Shown: piece after piece, positions 20,547 through 31,591 of the stretch | Layout of the letters: every line of letters starts with the position of its first letter | How positions within the stretch are numbered: the first letter of the stretch is position 1 | Position numbers and translations under genes: made by a program | The notes under the pieces: model-generated | The model's database searches: none | Told to the model about the DNA's origin: nothing | Seen by the model: the letters and a program-made list of their open reading frames with translations, nothing else | Assembly: GCA_963775425.1 (NCBI GenBank) | Contig: CAVZJB010000011.1 | Span: 1,024,001-1,088,000, forward strand | Origin: an uncultured delta proteobacterium | GTDB lineage: Bacteria; Myxococcota; UBA727; VGSZ01 | Direction: 5' to 3' | Length of the DNA: 64,000 bases

Positions 20547-20948
20547 GTGGGAGCGCTCGAAGACGCCCTGGCCCTCTCGCGCGACGGCGACGTCGCCGGC
20601 GCCGCCGACGTCTTGCGACAGGCGCAGCGGGCGGGGCCGCTGCCGGACGCCGCCCTCTCGCTGCTGTTCCAGCTCGTCACCAAGACGGCGCCCACCGACG
20701 AGGGGCTCGCCGTCGCCACCACCGCGCTCGAGGCGGCGACGACGCCGCGGGCGCGCTCGCAGTGGGCCGTGCGCCGGGGGCTCCTGCGCGTCGAGCGGGG
20801 CGACCGGGCGGGCGCGCTCGCGGATCTGCAGTGGGTGATGAAGCTGAAGGCCAACGAGGGTCACGTCGAGCAGGCGCGCGCCGCGTTGTTGCGGGTGGCG
20901 GCGTTGCCGAAGGGCCGCGACCGGACGGAGCGGCCTCGCGACAAGTGA
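20547..20948 (+). CDS. Small TPR-like protein
   Basis: Helical RRGLLRVERGDRAGALADLQ motif; GTG start inferred. Confidence 0.55.
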   Translation: MGALEDALALSRDGDVAGAADVLRQAQRAGPLPDAALSLLFQLVTKTAPTDEGLAVATTALEAATTPRARSQWAVRRGLLRVERGDRAGALADLQWVMKLKANEGHVEQARAALLRVAALPKGRDRTERPRDK

Positions 20949-20951
20949 CGG

Positions 20952-21383
20952 TCAATCCCCGAGCGGGATGGGGCGGCCGAGCACGTCGAGGGCCCAGCGA
21001 GCGGCCGACGGGACGTCGCCGAAGACCTCGTGGGCGCCCACGGGGGCAAGACGCACCACCGCCGACAGCACCGCGCGCTGCACCGGGCCGGGCAGCACGA
21101 ACGCGGTGCCCTTGATGTAGGCCTCGCGGCGCGCGGCCTCCGCCTTCAGCCACGCGCCGGCCTCGCGCACGCGCTCGAAGGGCAGGGCGGCGCCGTCCCG
21201 GGCGTCGATGATGAGGACGAAGGCCCGCGTCCGGTCCAGGAGCGCCGATGCGTGTGCGAAGAAGCCGGCGAAGGCTTCCTTGTCGGGGGCGCCGACGAAG
21301 CGCATGAGCACCACGGGGAACGCCGTGTCGTCGACGATGATGCCGTTGCGCTGGCCGGGATCGGCCCCCATCCTCGTGGTCAT
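20952..21383 (-). CDS. STAS/SEC14-like (SpoIIAA-like) small protein
   Basis: VDDTAFPVVLMRF, FVLIIDAR, GTAFV..PVQRAVL, VFGD..AARW resemble a myxobacterial family. Confidence 0.55.
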   Translation of the reverse strand: MTTRMGADPGQRNGIIVDDTAFPVVLMRFVGAPDKEAFAGFFAHASALLDRTRAFVLIIDARDGAALPFERVREAGAWLKAEAARREAYIKGTAFVLPGPVQRAVLSAVVRLAPVGAHEVFGDVPSAARWALDVLGRPIPLGD

Positions 21384-21513
21384 TCGTCCCGAGCTTTCCC
21401 CGGCCTGCACGCACACTCCAAGCGGCCCGCCGGCTGTCTCGCGGTGAGACGGCAGCGTCCGGCAGCTCCGCGCCTCCGCGCGCGAAGAGCGGATCTGTAG
21501 ACTCAAGCTCGCG

Positions 21514-22281
21514 TTGCGCTACGCCGACGATCTTGCTTACGTGCACCACACGGGCTTCGCCGACCTCGCACGCGGCGCCGCTCGCTTTGTCGTCGAGGAG
21601 CTCTTGCCGCGCGCAGGCATCACCGAGGGGACCGTCGTCGATCTCGGCTGCGGTAGCGGCATCGTCCTGCGCGCGTTGCAGGACGCCGGCTACCGCGCCG
21701 CCGGCGTCGACCTCTCGCCGGCGATGGTCGCGCTCGCAAAGAAGGCGGCGCCCCGCGCCAAGCTCGTGTGCGCCTCGCTCTACGACGTCGACCTGCGCGC
21801 GCTCGCGCCGGGCGGTTGCGCCGCCGTGCTCGCCGTCGGCGAGCCGCTGTCCTACGGCGACGAGCCGCTCGCGCCGTTGTTCCGCCGCGTGCGCGCTGCG
21901 CTCGCCGACGGTGGCGTCTTCACGTTCGACGTCATCGTCGACGGCCCCGGCCCGCCGCTCACCCGGCGCGCGTGGATGGCCGGCGCGGACTGGGCGTGCC
22001 TCGTCGACACGGTCGAGGACGCGCGGCGCACGTCGCTGTCTCGCGACATCACGACGTTTCGAGCAGCGCGATCGACGGCTCCCGCGGGTCGCCGCACGAC
22101 GCTGTACGAGCGCGCGCGCGAGGTGCATCACGTGCGCGTGCTCCGCCGGCGTGACGTCGAGCGCATGCTGCGCGCGGCCGGCTTTCGCGTGCGCGTGCTC
22201 ACGCGCTACGGCGCGCATCCCCTGGCAGTGCGGCGACGCGCCTTCCTGTGCACCGCCGCCGGGCGAAGAGGCAGAAGATGA
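21514..22281 (+). CDS. Class I SAM-dependent methyltransferase
   Basis: VVDLGCGSG, GVDLSPAMV, GGVFTFD. Confidence 0.85.
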   Translation: MRYADDLAYVHHTGFADLARGAARFVVEELLPRAGITEGTVVDLGCGSGIVLRALQDAGYRAAGVDLSPAMVALAKKAAPRAKLVCASLYDVDLRALAPGGCAAVLAVGEPLSYGDEPLAPLFRRVRAALADGGVFTFDVIVDGPGPPLTRRAWMAGADWACLVDTVEDARRTSLSRDITTFRAARSTAPAGRRTTLYERAREVHHVRVLRRRDVERMLRAAGFRVRVLTRYGAHPLAVRRRAFLCTAAGRRGRR

Positions 22282-23189
22282 CGAACCGGGCCTTGGCGCT
22301 GCCGCCGGAGCGCACCGTGCGCTTCGCGGCCTACGCCGTGCTCTACCTCGGCTGGGGCTCGACGTACCTCGCCATGCGCATCGCGCTGCAGACGATGCCG
22401 CCTTTCGTCGTCGCCGGCGCACGCTTCCTCGTCGCCGCGCTCATCCTGTTCGCCGTGCTGCACCTGCGCGGGAGCCCGTGGCCCACGCGGCGGCAGTGGG
22501 GCGTCGCGGCGCTGTCGTCGCTGTTCCTGCTCGTGCTCGGCAACGCCGGCGTCCTGTGGGGCCTCAAGATGGTGCCCTCCGGCGTCGCGGCGCTCTTCGT
22601 CTCCACGGTCCCGCTCTGGCTCGCGGTGCTCTCGCGCTCCATCAACGGGCGCGCGGCGGCGGGGCTCGGCCTCGGGCTGTGCGGCGTCGCCGTCCTCGCG
22701 GGGCCGACGCCGCTCGCGGGCGCCGACCGCTTCAACCCGGTGGGCGTCGTCATCCTGCTCCTGTCGTCGGTGTCGTGGGCCGCGGGCTCCCTGCTGCAGC
22801 GCAGGTCGACGGCGCCGGCGGGCACGGCCTCGGCAGCGCAGATGCTCTGCGGCGGTGTGATGCTCTGCGCGCTCGCGTTCGCGACCGGCGAGGCCCGCGA
22901 CGTCCACGTGCTCACGGGCGCGTCGCGCGCCTCGTGGATGGCGCTCGCATACCTGACGATCCTCGGGAGCCTCGTGGGCATGACCGCCTATACGTGGCTG
23001 ATGGCGCGCGAAGAGCCCGCGCGCGTCGGCACGTATGCGTACGTCAACCCCGTCGTGGCCGTGCTCCTCGGCAGGCTCCTCGCCGACGAAGCGTTCACGC
23101 CGCGCACGGCGGTCGCGGGCGCGCTCATCCTCGCGGGCGTCGTCGTCATCGTCAGCACGGCGCGCAGGCCACTCAACCGCGCGGCTTGA
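22278..23189 (+). CDS. EamA/DMT-family transporter (YedA-like)
   Basis: [31 protein letters not shown]; about 10 TMs. Confidence 0.9.
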   Translation: MTNRALALPPERTVRFAAYAVLYLGWGSTYLAMRIALQTMPPFVVAGARFLVAALILFAVLHLRGSPWPTRRQWGVAALSSLFLLVLGNAGVLWGLKMVPSGVAALFVSTVPLWLAVLSRSINGRAAAGLGLGLCGVAVLAGPTPLAGADRFNPVGVVILLLSSVSWAAGSLLQRRSTAPAGTASAAQMLCGGVMLCALAFATGEARDVHVLTGASRASWMALAYLTILGSLVGMTAYTWLMAREEPARVGTYAYVNPVVAVLLGRLLADEAFTPRTAVAGALILAGVVVIVSTARRPLNRAA

Positions 23190-24162
23190 ACGTCGAGACC
23201 TTCTGGAGCTCCTCGAACAGGCGCTTCTCTTCGTCCGTGGGCGTGGTGGGCACGACGATGCGCAGCTCGACCGTGAGGCTGCCGCGGCCGCCGGTGCGCT
23301 TGGGGAGCCCCTTGTCCTTGAGGCGCAGCTTGGAGCCGCCCTGCGTGCCCGCGGGCACTTTGAGCTGCACCTCGCCGTCGAGCGTGTCGAACGGGACCTT
23401 GGCGCCGAACACGGCCTCCCACGGCGCGATGTGCAGCGTGGCCTTGAGGTTGTGGCCGTCGACCTCGAAGCGCGCGTGGTGCGCGAGCGTCACCTTCAAC
23501 AGCAGGTCGCCGTCGGGCGCGTTGACGCCCTTTCCGCCCTGACCGGCGAGGCGGATCCTGGTGCCGCCGGTGGTCCCCGGCGGGATCTTGACGCTGAAGG
23601 AGCGGTTCTCGACGCGGCGCCCTCCGTCGGGCTGGATGATCGTCTCCTGGAGCGACACGGGCTTGGTGGCGCCCTGATACGCATCCTCGAGGCTGATCTC
23701 GATCTCGGCTTCGTGATTCTCGCCGCGTCGCCGCAGCTCCTGCTCGAAGCCCGCCGAGAACGGCGCCCGGCGCGCGCGCCGCCCGCCCCCGGCTGCAGCG
23801 CCGCCGCCGGCGCCGAAGAACGCCTCGAAGAAGTCGGAGAACGACCCGGGGACCTCGCCGCCGGCGCCGCCGGGGCCGCGGGCCCCGCCGAAGTTGAAGT
23901 CGACGTTCTGCCACCCCGGCGGCGGCCGCACCTCGTCGCCCGGGTGAAAGGAGCTGCCGAGCTGATCGTACTTCTTGCGCTTGTCGGGATCCTTCAGGAC
24001 CTCGTACGCCTCGCCAATCTGCTTGAACTTGTCCTCGGCGCCCTTCGCCTTGTTGATGTCCGGGTGGTACTTCTTCGAGAGCTTGCGGTAGGCCTTCTTG
24101 ATCTCGTCCTGCGACGCCGTCCGCTGCACACCGAGAGTCTCGTAGTAGTCTTGGAATTGCAT
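23173..24162 (-). CDS. cbpA: DnaJ-class co-chaperone without zinc finger (CbpA-like)
   Basis: J-domain with [13 protein letters not shown], DnaJ_C, no CxxCxGxG repeats. Confidence 0.85.
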   Translation of the reverse strand: MQFQDYYETLGVQRTASQDEIKKAYRKLSKKYHPDINKAKGAEDKFKQIGEAYEVLKDPDKRKKYDQLGSSFHPGDEVRPPPGWQNVDFNFGGARGPGGAGGEVPGSFSDFFEAFFGAGGGAAAGGGRRARRAPFSAGFEQELRRRGENHEAEIEISLEDAYQGATKPVSLQETIIQPDGGRRVENRSFSVKIPPGTTGGTRIRLAGQGGKGVNAPDGDLLLKVTLAHHARFEVDGHNLKATLHIAPWEAVFGAKVPFDTLDGEVQLKVPAGTQGGSKLRLKDKGLPKRTGGRGSLTVELRIVVPTTPTDEEKRLFEELQKVSTFKPRG

Positions 24163-24233
24163 AGACACGCGTAATCTAGGCGCCCGCCCCGCTTCGACAA
24201 TCCCCTGGCGCGGTCGTGTGCTAATCCCCTTCG

Positions 24234-24611
24234 GTGCGCGTCGCGTCCGGTTCCCCCTACGAGGACACCATCGGCTTCTCGCGCGCGGTGCGGGCGGGGG
24301 ACCGCGTCCTCGTGAGCGGCACCGCGCCCATCTGGCCCGACGGCTCGTGTGACGCTTCGCCCTATGCGCAGGCGCGCCGCTGCCTCGAGATCATCCTTGA
24401 CGCCCTCAGGGCGGCCGGCGCCGCGCCCGAGCACGTGGTTCGCACGCGCATGTATCTCGCCGACGCCGCGGACGCCGCCGAGGTCGGCCGTGCACACGCC
24501 GAGGTGCTCGGCGCCGTGCGGCCGGCGGCGACCATGGTGGTCGTGAAGGCGCTCATCGACCCCCGCTGGAAGATCGAGATCGAAGCAGAAGCGGTCGTTG
24601 GCCCTCGATGA
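24234..24611 (+). CDS. RidA/YjgF-family protein
   Basis: GFSRAVR, VSGTAP, VVRTRMY, RPAATMV, IEIEAEA. Confidence 0.9.
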   Translation: MRVASGSPYEDTIGFSRAVRAGDRVLVSGTAPIWPDGSCDASPYAQARRCLEIILDALRAAGAAPEHVVRTRMYLADAADAAEVGRAHAEVLGAVRPAATMVVVKALIDPRWKIEIEAEAVVGPR

Positions 24612-24917
24612 CGTCGGCCAACGCGCTCGCGCACCACTGGGGCATGCCCATCCACCTCGCCATCGCGGTGGCGTCGGCGGCGTCGTGGGTCGTGGTGTTT
24701 TGGGGCGTGTCGTCGCGGCTGCCGGCGCTCGAAGGTTGGCGCGCGCGGCTGGCGGCGGTGTTGTGGCCGGTCGGCCTCGTCGCGTCCTTCCTCGTCGCCA
24801 TCAGCCGAGCCCACCGCCGACGCTCTCCGGCTGCTCATCGGCACCGACGAGAGCGTCTACCTCTTCGTCGTCGACCCGGCTTCCGGGCGCGTCCTCCACG
24901 AAAGCGCCCTGTACTGA
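24608..24917 (+). CDS. Small hypothetical membrane protein (possible frameshift near 24800)
   Basis: Two hydrophobic segments; protein-like sequence continues in another frame (EPTADALRLLIGTDESVYLFVVDPASGRVLHESALY*). Confidence 0.35.
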
Positions 24918-24951
24918 GCGCGCCCTCTGCGCGAGATGCGCGAGTCAGCCA

Positions 24952-27900
24952 TCAGAGCTCGTCGAAGCCAACGTCGAAGAGGCCGCTGGCGGCGTCGGGG
25001 CGCGGGTCGCCGTCGAGGTCGGTGGCGGTGGCGCCGGCGGCGTCTTCGGCGTCGATGCAAGCGTTGGCGACGTCGTCGACGAGGTGGAAGTCCGCGGTGA
25101 ACAGGCACGCGCGCCCGAAGGCGTCGTCGAGCCCGACGGCGCTGCACGTGCTCGGGTCGACAGGATCGAACGCGACGCCGGCGCACGTCGACGCGCCGGC
25201 GACCGCGTCGGCGACGGCGCACGTCGTGAGGTCCACGCCGTCGCCGCCGTCGTCGAGGACGGCCGCGGCGGCGAACCCGGTGACCACGGTCAGCTCGAGC
25301 GTGGCCGACGCCGAGACCGCCGCCGCGTCGGTGCGCAGGCCGGCCCCGTCGGCGGCGCCGAGCGCGCCCGTGGATCCGAGCGTCGAGCGCGTGATCACGG
25401 CGGCGCCGTCGACGATGCCCAGGCCGTCGCCGCTGTCGACGGCGACGCGCGAGTCGTCGAGCTCCAGCGCGCCGTCGAGATCGAGGTCGAGCGCCGCGCC
25501 GCCGAGCGCAACGCCCGTGGTCACCGCCGCGTCGAGGCGCGCCCCGGTGAACGCACCGGCGCGCACGCGGACGGCCGACGCCGACGCCTTGACGCAGTCG
25601 GTGCGCGTGAAGTCAGCCGTCACGACGAGGTCCGACGCCTCCACGTCGGCGCCCGCCCCGACCGAGACACCAACCGGATCGCACGTGCCGGTGACGGCCA
25701 TGGACCCTCCGAAGAAGATGGGCGCGGCCGTGCCGTCGATGATCAACGCCGTCGCCGACGCCGGTCCCGCGTCCGGCGCCGCGAGCCCTGCGGCGAGGTC
25801 GACGTCCGTGAACGTCGCGGCGCAGCCGTCGCAGTGAAGCGCCACCTGCGCGCCCGGCACCGCAGGGTCCACGGCGAAGGACGCGTCGTCCACCAGCACC
25901 GTGTCGTCGGCGGCGGCGTCGAGCGTCACGCAGGTGACGTCGCCGGTCCCGGCGCCGCCGTCGGCGCAGGTGATCGACGTCGGCGCACCGGCGACCCGCG
26001 CGAACGTCGCGGGGTTACGGCCGCCCCACAGCGTACGCCGCAGCGCCAGCGTCGCCGGCCCCGGCGCCGCCGGCGGCGCGGGCGTCTCGGTGAACGCGCC
26101 GCCGACGGCGACGAGGTCCCTGGCCTGCGCGTCGGCGAGCGCGAACGCGTTTTCGAAGGTGAGGCAGGGCGCCGCGACGCTGCCGCAGGCCGGGTCGTCG
26201 GTGGCGCCGGCGTCGTCCGGGGCGACCACGATGTGCTCGGCGCCGGGGAGCACGAAGAGCGTGACGCTCACGGGCGGCGACGTCTTGCCGCGCGGATCGG
26301 TGGCCACCACCTCATAGGTCGCGCTGTTGTCGCCGCCGTCACCGCGCGTGTCGTCGAGGAGCGCCTTCAGCGACGGCGCGGTCGGCGCGGGATCGGTGCC
26401 CGAGAGCGTGGCTGGGAAGAGCGCGGCGTCGCCCGCCGTCAAGGTCCACGCGACGCCGACGTTGTCGAAGTCGGGGTCGCTGGCGTCGACATGCAGCGCG
26501 AAGTCGTCGCCGGCGACGGCTGTGAACGTCGAGACCGGCGCGCTCACGACCGGCGGCTGGTCCACGAAGTCGACGACGACGGTGACGACGTCGGGCGCGC
26601 TCGTGTCCTGGCCGTCACTCACCGTGAGGGAAAACGCGTACGCGCCCGCCACCGGGGCCTGGAAGGTGACGAACGCCCCCGAGAGCGCGCCGGCGCCGCC
26701 CGTGACGTCGGGGCCCTGCGTCTGCGTCCACACGAAGCTCGCGGGATCAATGGCATCGCCGTCGGGGTCGAAGGAGGCCGAGCCGTCGAGCGCCACCGTC
26801 TCCACGGCGTCCGGTTGATCGGCGCCCGCGTCGGCGACGGGCGCGCGGTTGGCGCTGGTGACGGTGACGGTGGCCGACCCCGTGTCGAGGCCGTCGCTCA
26901 CCGTCACCTGGAGCACGTAGCAGGCGCCCGCGGTGCAGAGCGCGGGATCGGTCACCGCGGTCTTCTCCGTCGGCGTGAACGTGGGCGTGGCGGTGGCGCC
27001 GCCGGTGAGGACGCCGCCGCCGCCCGCGGGCGCGTCGACGATCTGCCACTGGAAGGTGAGCCCCGCGACATCGAAGGGGTCGACGTCCGAGGCGAACGCC
27101 TGCAGCGCCACCGCCGTGCCGTTTTGCACCGCGACGCCCGCGGCGGCGTCGGCGCCGTCGGCGGTGACGGTGTCGACGGTGGGGGCGGCGTTGTCGACGC
27201 CGATGCTGACCGTGGCGGGCGCGCCGGTGGCGCCGTCGCCGTCGGTGACGACGAGCTGCACCGTCCAGGCGCCGCGGCCGCGGAGCGTGAGCGCCGGCGC
27301 CTCCACGTCGGCGGAGGCGGGCGAAAAGATCGAGACGCCGCCGGCCGGGCCGTCGATCACGGACCACGAAAACGACGCGATGCCGTCGGCGTTGACGCCC
27401 GCGCCGCCGGCGGTGTCGGGATCCGTGGACGCGCTCCCGTCGAGCTGCACGGTGCCGCCGCTCGCGATCTGCGCGGCGTCGACGGAGATGACGGCGACGG
27501 GGCGCACGTTCTCCGGCGGCGGCCCCGCGGCCGCCTCCACCACCAGCGACGCCGTAGCCGTGCCCCCAAGCGCGTTGTTCGCGGCGTCGACGTCGGCGAC
27601 GGTGACCTCGACGAGGTAGGTGCCCGGGACCGGCGCGGTGAACAGCGGCGTGGCCGTGGCCGCGCCCGAGAGGCACGCGTCCGGCGACGCGAGGCACGCC
27701 TCGCCGCCGGGCGTGGCGTCGGCGACGCGCCAGGACAACGTGACGCCGTCGCCGTCGGCGTCGTCGGCGGCGGCGGACAGGGCGCTTGCGGCGCCGGCGG
27801 TGGCGGCCAGCGGCGAGGGCGTGACGACGGTGACGGTGGGGGCGCGGTCGGTGGCGACGAGGAACACGTCCGCGCTCGCGACGAGGGCGCCGTCTCCCGC

Positions 27901-29202
27901 GGTGACGCGCAGCAGGTAGCAGGCGTCGGCGTTCGTCGCGCACTGCGCGGGATCGCTGACGGTGGTGCGCGCGCTCGGTGTGACGCGCACCTGGGCGGTG
28001 TCGGCGCCGTCGAGGGCGGCGTCGGCGCCCGCGGGGGCGTGCACGAGCGACCACAGGAACGAGACCGGGTCGCCGTCGATGTCGACGGCGGAGGCCACCA
28101 CCGACACGGCGCTGCCCGCCACCGTGCTCGCGACGTCCGGCGCGGTGAGCACGGGAGGGCTGTCGTCCACGGCGACGGTGACGCTGGCGTCGGCGCTCAC
28201 GCCGTCGGTGTCGGTGACGACGAGCCCCACGGTGTAGACGCCGGGCCGCTGCGCCGTGAAGCCGGTCTGTTCGGCCTCGGGGGCGTCGAGCTGGGCGACG
28301 CCCGCGGCAGGCCCGACCGGATCGTGCCAGGACAACGTGAGCGCGTCGCCGTCGGGATCGCTCGAGCCCGCGGCCGACAGCGTGACGACGTCGCCGCTGT
28401 GCACGCGCACGCCGGCGGCGGACGCGGAGCTCACGGCGACGGCGACGGGGGCGCGGTTTTCGGCCGTGAGCGTGAGGCGCGCGGGCGCGCTTTGCAGGTC
28501 GCCGTCGTCGACGACGAGCTCCACGGCGTAGGTGCCCTTGTGGTCCGGCGTGAACGCCACGGCGGACGCGGCGGCGTCGTCGAAGCAGGCGCTGCCGTCG
28601 CCGGCGGCGCAGGCGGAGCCGGCGGGCGCGGAGGCGGCGCGCCAGGAAAACGCGAGGGTGGACCCGGGCTCGTCGTCGGCCGAGCCGATGAGCGCGGCCG
28701 CGACGTGATCGGGCGTGGAGGCGGGGCCGCTGACGGCGGCCACGGGCGCGGCGTTCACGTGCACGTCGACGAGCGCGGGCGCGCTCTCGTCGGTGCCGTC
28801 GTCGACGACGAGCTGCACGAAGATGTGCCCGCCCGTGGCCGGCGCCACGAAGCTCGCCTTGGCCTCCGAGGCGTCCGTGATGGCGACGACGCTGCCGCCG
28901 GCCGCCGACCACTGGAAGGTGAGCGTGTCGCCGTCGGGGTCGACGGAGCCGCTGCCGTCGAGGGCGACGACGTCGCCGGCGTGGGCCTCGAGGTTGGCGG
29001 CGGCCGTCTTGGCGATGGGCGCCTGGTTGGGCTGCGCCTCGGCGGCCAGCCGCGGACAGCCCGCGCCGAGCGCGACCAGCGCGACGAGGCCCGCGACCGC
29101 GGCCGCGCCGAGGGGCGCGCCCGGCGCGGCCGGCGACGGAGCGCGGCGCGAAGCTTCGAAGTGCGGCGATGGGGAGGGCGAAGTGCGCATGATCGATCTC
29201 AT
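24952..29202 (-). CDS. Large surface lipoprotein with multiple PKD/Ig-like repeats and a C-terminal beta-helix
   Basis: LGAGC lipobox; repeated N.APxA..LDGS.S.DPDGD.LTF.W..G.Y...L.V.DG units; C-terminal DFHL..CIDA..TDLDGDPR..DVGFDE. Start is 29202 or 29190. Confidence 0.85.
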   Translation of the reverse strand: MRSIMRTSPSPSPHFEASRRAPSPAAPGAPLGAAAVAGLVALVALGAGCPRLAAEAQPNQAPIAKTAAANLEAHAGDVVALDGSGSVDPDGDTLTFQWSAAGGSVVAITDASEAKASFVAPATGGHIFVQLVVDDGTDESAPALVDVHVNAAPVAAVSGPASTPDHVAAALIGSADDEPGSTLAFSWRAASAPAGSACAAGDGSACFDDAAASAVAFTPDHKGTYAVELVVDDGDLQSAPARLTLTAENRAPVAVAVSSASAAGVRVHSGDVVTLSAAGSSDPDGDALTLSWHDPVGPAAGVAQLDAPEAEQTGFTAQRPGVYTVGLVVTDTDGVSADASVTVAVDDSPPVLTAPDVASTVAGSAVSVVASAVDIDGDPVSFLWSLVHAPAGADAALDGADTAQVRVTPSARTTVSDPAQCATNADACYLLRVTAGDGALVASADVFLVATDRAPTVTVVTPSPLAATAGAASALSAAADDADGDGVTLSWRVADATPGGEACLASPDACLSGAATATPLFTAPVPGTYLVEVTVADVDAANNALGGTATASLVVEAAAGPPPENVRPVAVISVDAAQIASGGTVQLDGSASTDPDTAGGAGVNADGIASFSWSVIDGPAGGVSIFSPASADVEAPALTLRGRGAWTVQLVVTDGDGATGAPATVSIGVDNAAPTVDTVTADGADAAAGVAVQNGTAVALQAFASDVDPFDVAGLTFQWQIVDAPAGGGGVLTGGATATPTFTPTEKTAVTDPALCTAGACYVLQVTVSDGLDTGSATVTVTSANRAPVADAGADQPDAVETVALDGSASFDPDGDAIDPASFVWTQTQGPDVTGGAGALSGAFVTFQAPVAGAYAFSLTVSDGQDTSAPDVVTVVVDFVDQPPVVSAPVSTFTAVAGDDFALHVDASDPDFDNVGVAWTLTAGDAALFPATLSGTDPAPTAPSLKALLDDTRGDGGDNSATYEVVATDPRGKTSPPVSVTLFVLPGAEHIVVAPDDAGATDDPACGSVAAPCLTFENAFALADAQARDLVAVGGAFTETPAPPAAPGPATLALRRTLWGGRNPATFARVAGAPTSITCADGGAGTGDVTCVTLDAAADDTVLVDDASFAVDPAVPGAQVALHCDGCAATFTDVDLAAGLAAPDAGPASATALIIDGTAAPIFFGGSMAVTGTCDPVGVSVGAGADVEASDLVVTADFTRTDCVKASASAVRVRAGAFTGARLDAAVTTGVALGGAALDLDLDGALELDDSRVAVDSGDGLGIVDGAAVITRSTLGSTGALGAADGAGLRTDAAAVSASATLELTVVTGFAAAAVLDDGGDGVDLTTCAVADAVAGASTCAGVAFDPVDPSTCSAVGLDDAFGRACLFTADFHLVDDVANACIDAEDAAGATATDLDGDPRPDAASGLFDVGFDEL

Positions 29203-29223
29203 GTTGTATCGTGCTCGACGTCG

Positions 29224-30463
29224 ATGCGACAAAACGCGGCACTCGTAGGACCCATTGCGGGTCTCATCGTCTTGTCCTTCTGCCCCGGCGCGCGCGCCGC
29301 CGCGTCGGCCACCTGTACGCTCAGCGGATCCCTCCGGGTCGCCACCGAGGCGCCGTTCGGCCCCAAGCGCACTGTGTGGAGGACGCTGCCCAAGGGCGCG
29401 CACGTCGAGGTCACCGACCAGGATCAGCTCGAGGTGCGCGTCGAGTCGGGGCGCGTGAAGGGCCACGTGCGCGCGGAGGTGTTGGAGGCCGTCTGCTCGC
29501 TCAGCATCGAGCCGCTCGATGCGCCCGCGCCCGCGCCCGCGCCTGCGCCGCCGCCGCCGCCGCCGCCGCGCCCACTTCGCCGATCGCGCGCGCGTGGTGG
29601 TGCTCGGCCTCGCCGCGGCGGGCCTCGACCCTGCCGCCCAGCGCGCCGCCGACGCCGCGCTCCTGTTCGAGGCCCGGCGCGACGCGCACATTGACGTCGT
29701 CGGGCCCGCCGACGCCGGCGCCGTCATCGACGCGGCAGCGCTCGAGAAGGCGCGGTCTTGCGAGGAGGTCGCGTGCGTCAAGCCCGCGGCCTCCGCGTTC
29801 GGCGCGCATCAGGTGCTCACGGCCGCGCTCCACGAGGGGCAGCTCACCATGACGCTCCTCGACGTCGTCAACGACAAGGTCAGAAACCGCGTGGTGCGCG
29901 CCGCCAAGGGCAATCTCGACGCCGCGGTGCGCTCGTCGACGGCGGCGGTCTACGGGGTGGCCGGCCACCTGCGCTTGTCGGAGCAGCCCGCCGGCGCCGA
30001 GGTCCTCGTCGACGGTGTCCCCGCGGGGCTCGCCCCGGTCGCCGACATCGCCGTCGAAAAGCCCGGCCCCCACGTCGTCAGCGTGCGGGGCGCCGGCCTC
30101 GTCCCCTTCGAAGAGACCGTCGAGGTCCGCGGGGGGGCCGACGTCGACGTCATCGTGCGCTCGGCCTCCGTCGCGTCCCTCGAGGACGAGCAGGTGTGGT
30201 GGCGCATCGGGGCCGGAGCCCTCGGCGCCGCGGGCGTCGTGGCGGCCGGCGGCGCGGGCGCGTTCTACGCGAGCGCCCTCGCGAGTGATCAGCGGCTCGA
30301 CAGCGTCGGGCGCAAGGCGTCGCAGGCGCAGCTCGACGCCATCACGAGCGAGACCGCGGCCGACGTCACCACCGCCGTCATCCTCGGGGCCGCGTCCGCC
30401 GTCCTCCTCGGGGGCGGCGCCGCCGCGTGGTTCCTGAACCCGGCGACGACGTCCTTGCCGTAG
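29224..30463 (+). CDS. Secreted/membrane SH3-like plus PEGA-domain protein; apparent frameshift near 29570
   Basis: Signal peptide, LPKGAHVEV..KGHVRAEVL, Pro-rich linker, frame change, then PAGAEVLVDG..G.APV..PGPHVVSV and C-terminal TMs. Confidence 0.65.
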
Positions 30464-30495
30464 CGCCGGAGCGCCGGCGCTTCAGCTCGTCACGC

Positions 30496-31578
30496 TCAGC
30501 GTCCCGCGGCCTCGGCCGGCGCTTCGGCGTCGGCGGGCGCGGCGCCTTCGGCGGGTTGGTCGCCGGTGGCGAGGACGACGCCCGTGCCGATGAGCAGCGC
30601 CCCCACGCCGACCGCGGCGATGCCACCGCCGATCCAGGCGCTCGAGTCGGACTCAAATGGCCCGCGTCCCCCCCCTTGCGAGTAGATGCCGAACAGGAGC
30701 GGCACGTTGGGCACGCAGCTGTCCGCGTTGTCCTTGCCGCAGGGGATGCGGTTGAAGAAGCGGTCGTAGATGGCGGCGCCGGCGAAGACGCTGCTCACCG
30801 CGGCGATGACGCCGCCGCCCGCGGCGAGCGACCAACCGACGACGCTCGTGTCCGGTGCTTGCGGCGCCGCGGTCGGCGGCAAGGCCGGCTCGGTCTTCAC
30901 GACGTGATCGGGCTCTCCCACCGTGGGCGTCACCCCCACCGCGGGGCCCGCCGCCGACAGCGGCACGATCTCCGACGTCAACACGCCCGGCTTCACCTTG
31001 ATGGTCTTGGTGTAGGGCGCGCGGCCCTCCGCGGACACGATGAGCCTGTGCTCACCCGCGTCGACGAGCTCCTTCCATGGGGTCTTGCCCCTGGCGGCCC
31101 CGTCGAGGCTGACGTCGGCGCCGGGGACGTCGCTGTCGACGAGCAGGTAGCCGGAGCGCTGCGCCTTCTGGTTCTTGACGAAGTCCTTGGCGAACTCGAG
31201 GTCCTTGTCGGTCCGCCCCGGCAGCTCGAGCCGCTCCTCGCTGCCCAGGTTGGCGCCGTTGGACTTCACCGCCTGCACGATGAGCACGACCCCCGGGTCC
31301 TTGGCCTCGACGTCGATGACGAGGGCGACGGCGGCGCCGGTCATGGCCGCGATCTGGCCGGCGCACTGGTGCGTCCAGCCGGAGCAGCCGAGGGCGAGCT
31401 GGGCCTCGTCGAGCGTCACCGCCGGCGGCGGCGCCCACGAGCCCCCCTGCTTGTTCAGCTCCGCCGCTTCCCGCAGAGACTGCCGCCAGGAGGAAGGGAC
31501 GTCGCCGGTGGTGTGAACCAGGGCGACCCACTTCGACGGGGCGCCGGACAGCGCAAGCATGACCACCAGCGGAAGCAT
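30496..31578 (-). CDS. PEGA-domain protein
   Basis: VDSDVPGADVSLDG..GKTP..AGEHRLIVSAEG; two C-terminal TMs. Confidence 0.8.
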   Translation of the reverse strand: MLPLVVMLALSGAPSKWVALVHTTGDVPSSWRQSLREAAELNKQGGSWAPPPAVTLDEAQLALGCSGWTHQCAGQIAAMTGAAVALVIDVEAKDPGVVLIVQAVKSNGANLGSEERLELPGRTDKDLEFAKDFVKNQKAQRSGYLLVDSDVPGADVSLDGAARGKTPWKELVDAGEHRLIVSAEGRAPYTKTIKVKPGVLTSEIVPLSAAGPAVGVTPTVGEPDHVVKTEPALPPTAAPQAPDTSVVGWSLAAGGGVIAAVSSVFAGAAIYDRFFNRIPCGKDNADSCVPNVPLLFGIYSQGGGRGPFESDSSAWIGGGIAAVGVGALLIGTGVVLATGDQPAEGAAPADAEAPAEAAGR

Positions 31579-31591
31579 CGGCCGCAGTGTG

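Noticed and set aside
29521-29575. Programmed ribosomal frameshifting in the split genes
   Set aside because: No slippery heptamers; the breaks fall in CCG/GC repeats or GATC sites, which fits consensus errors better.
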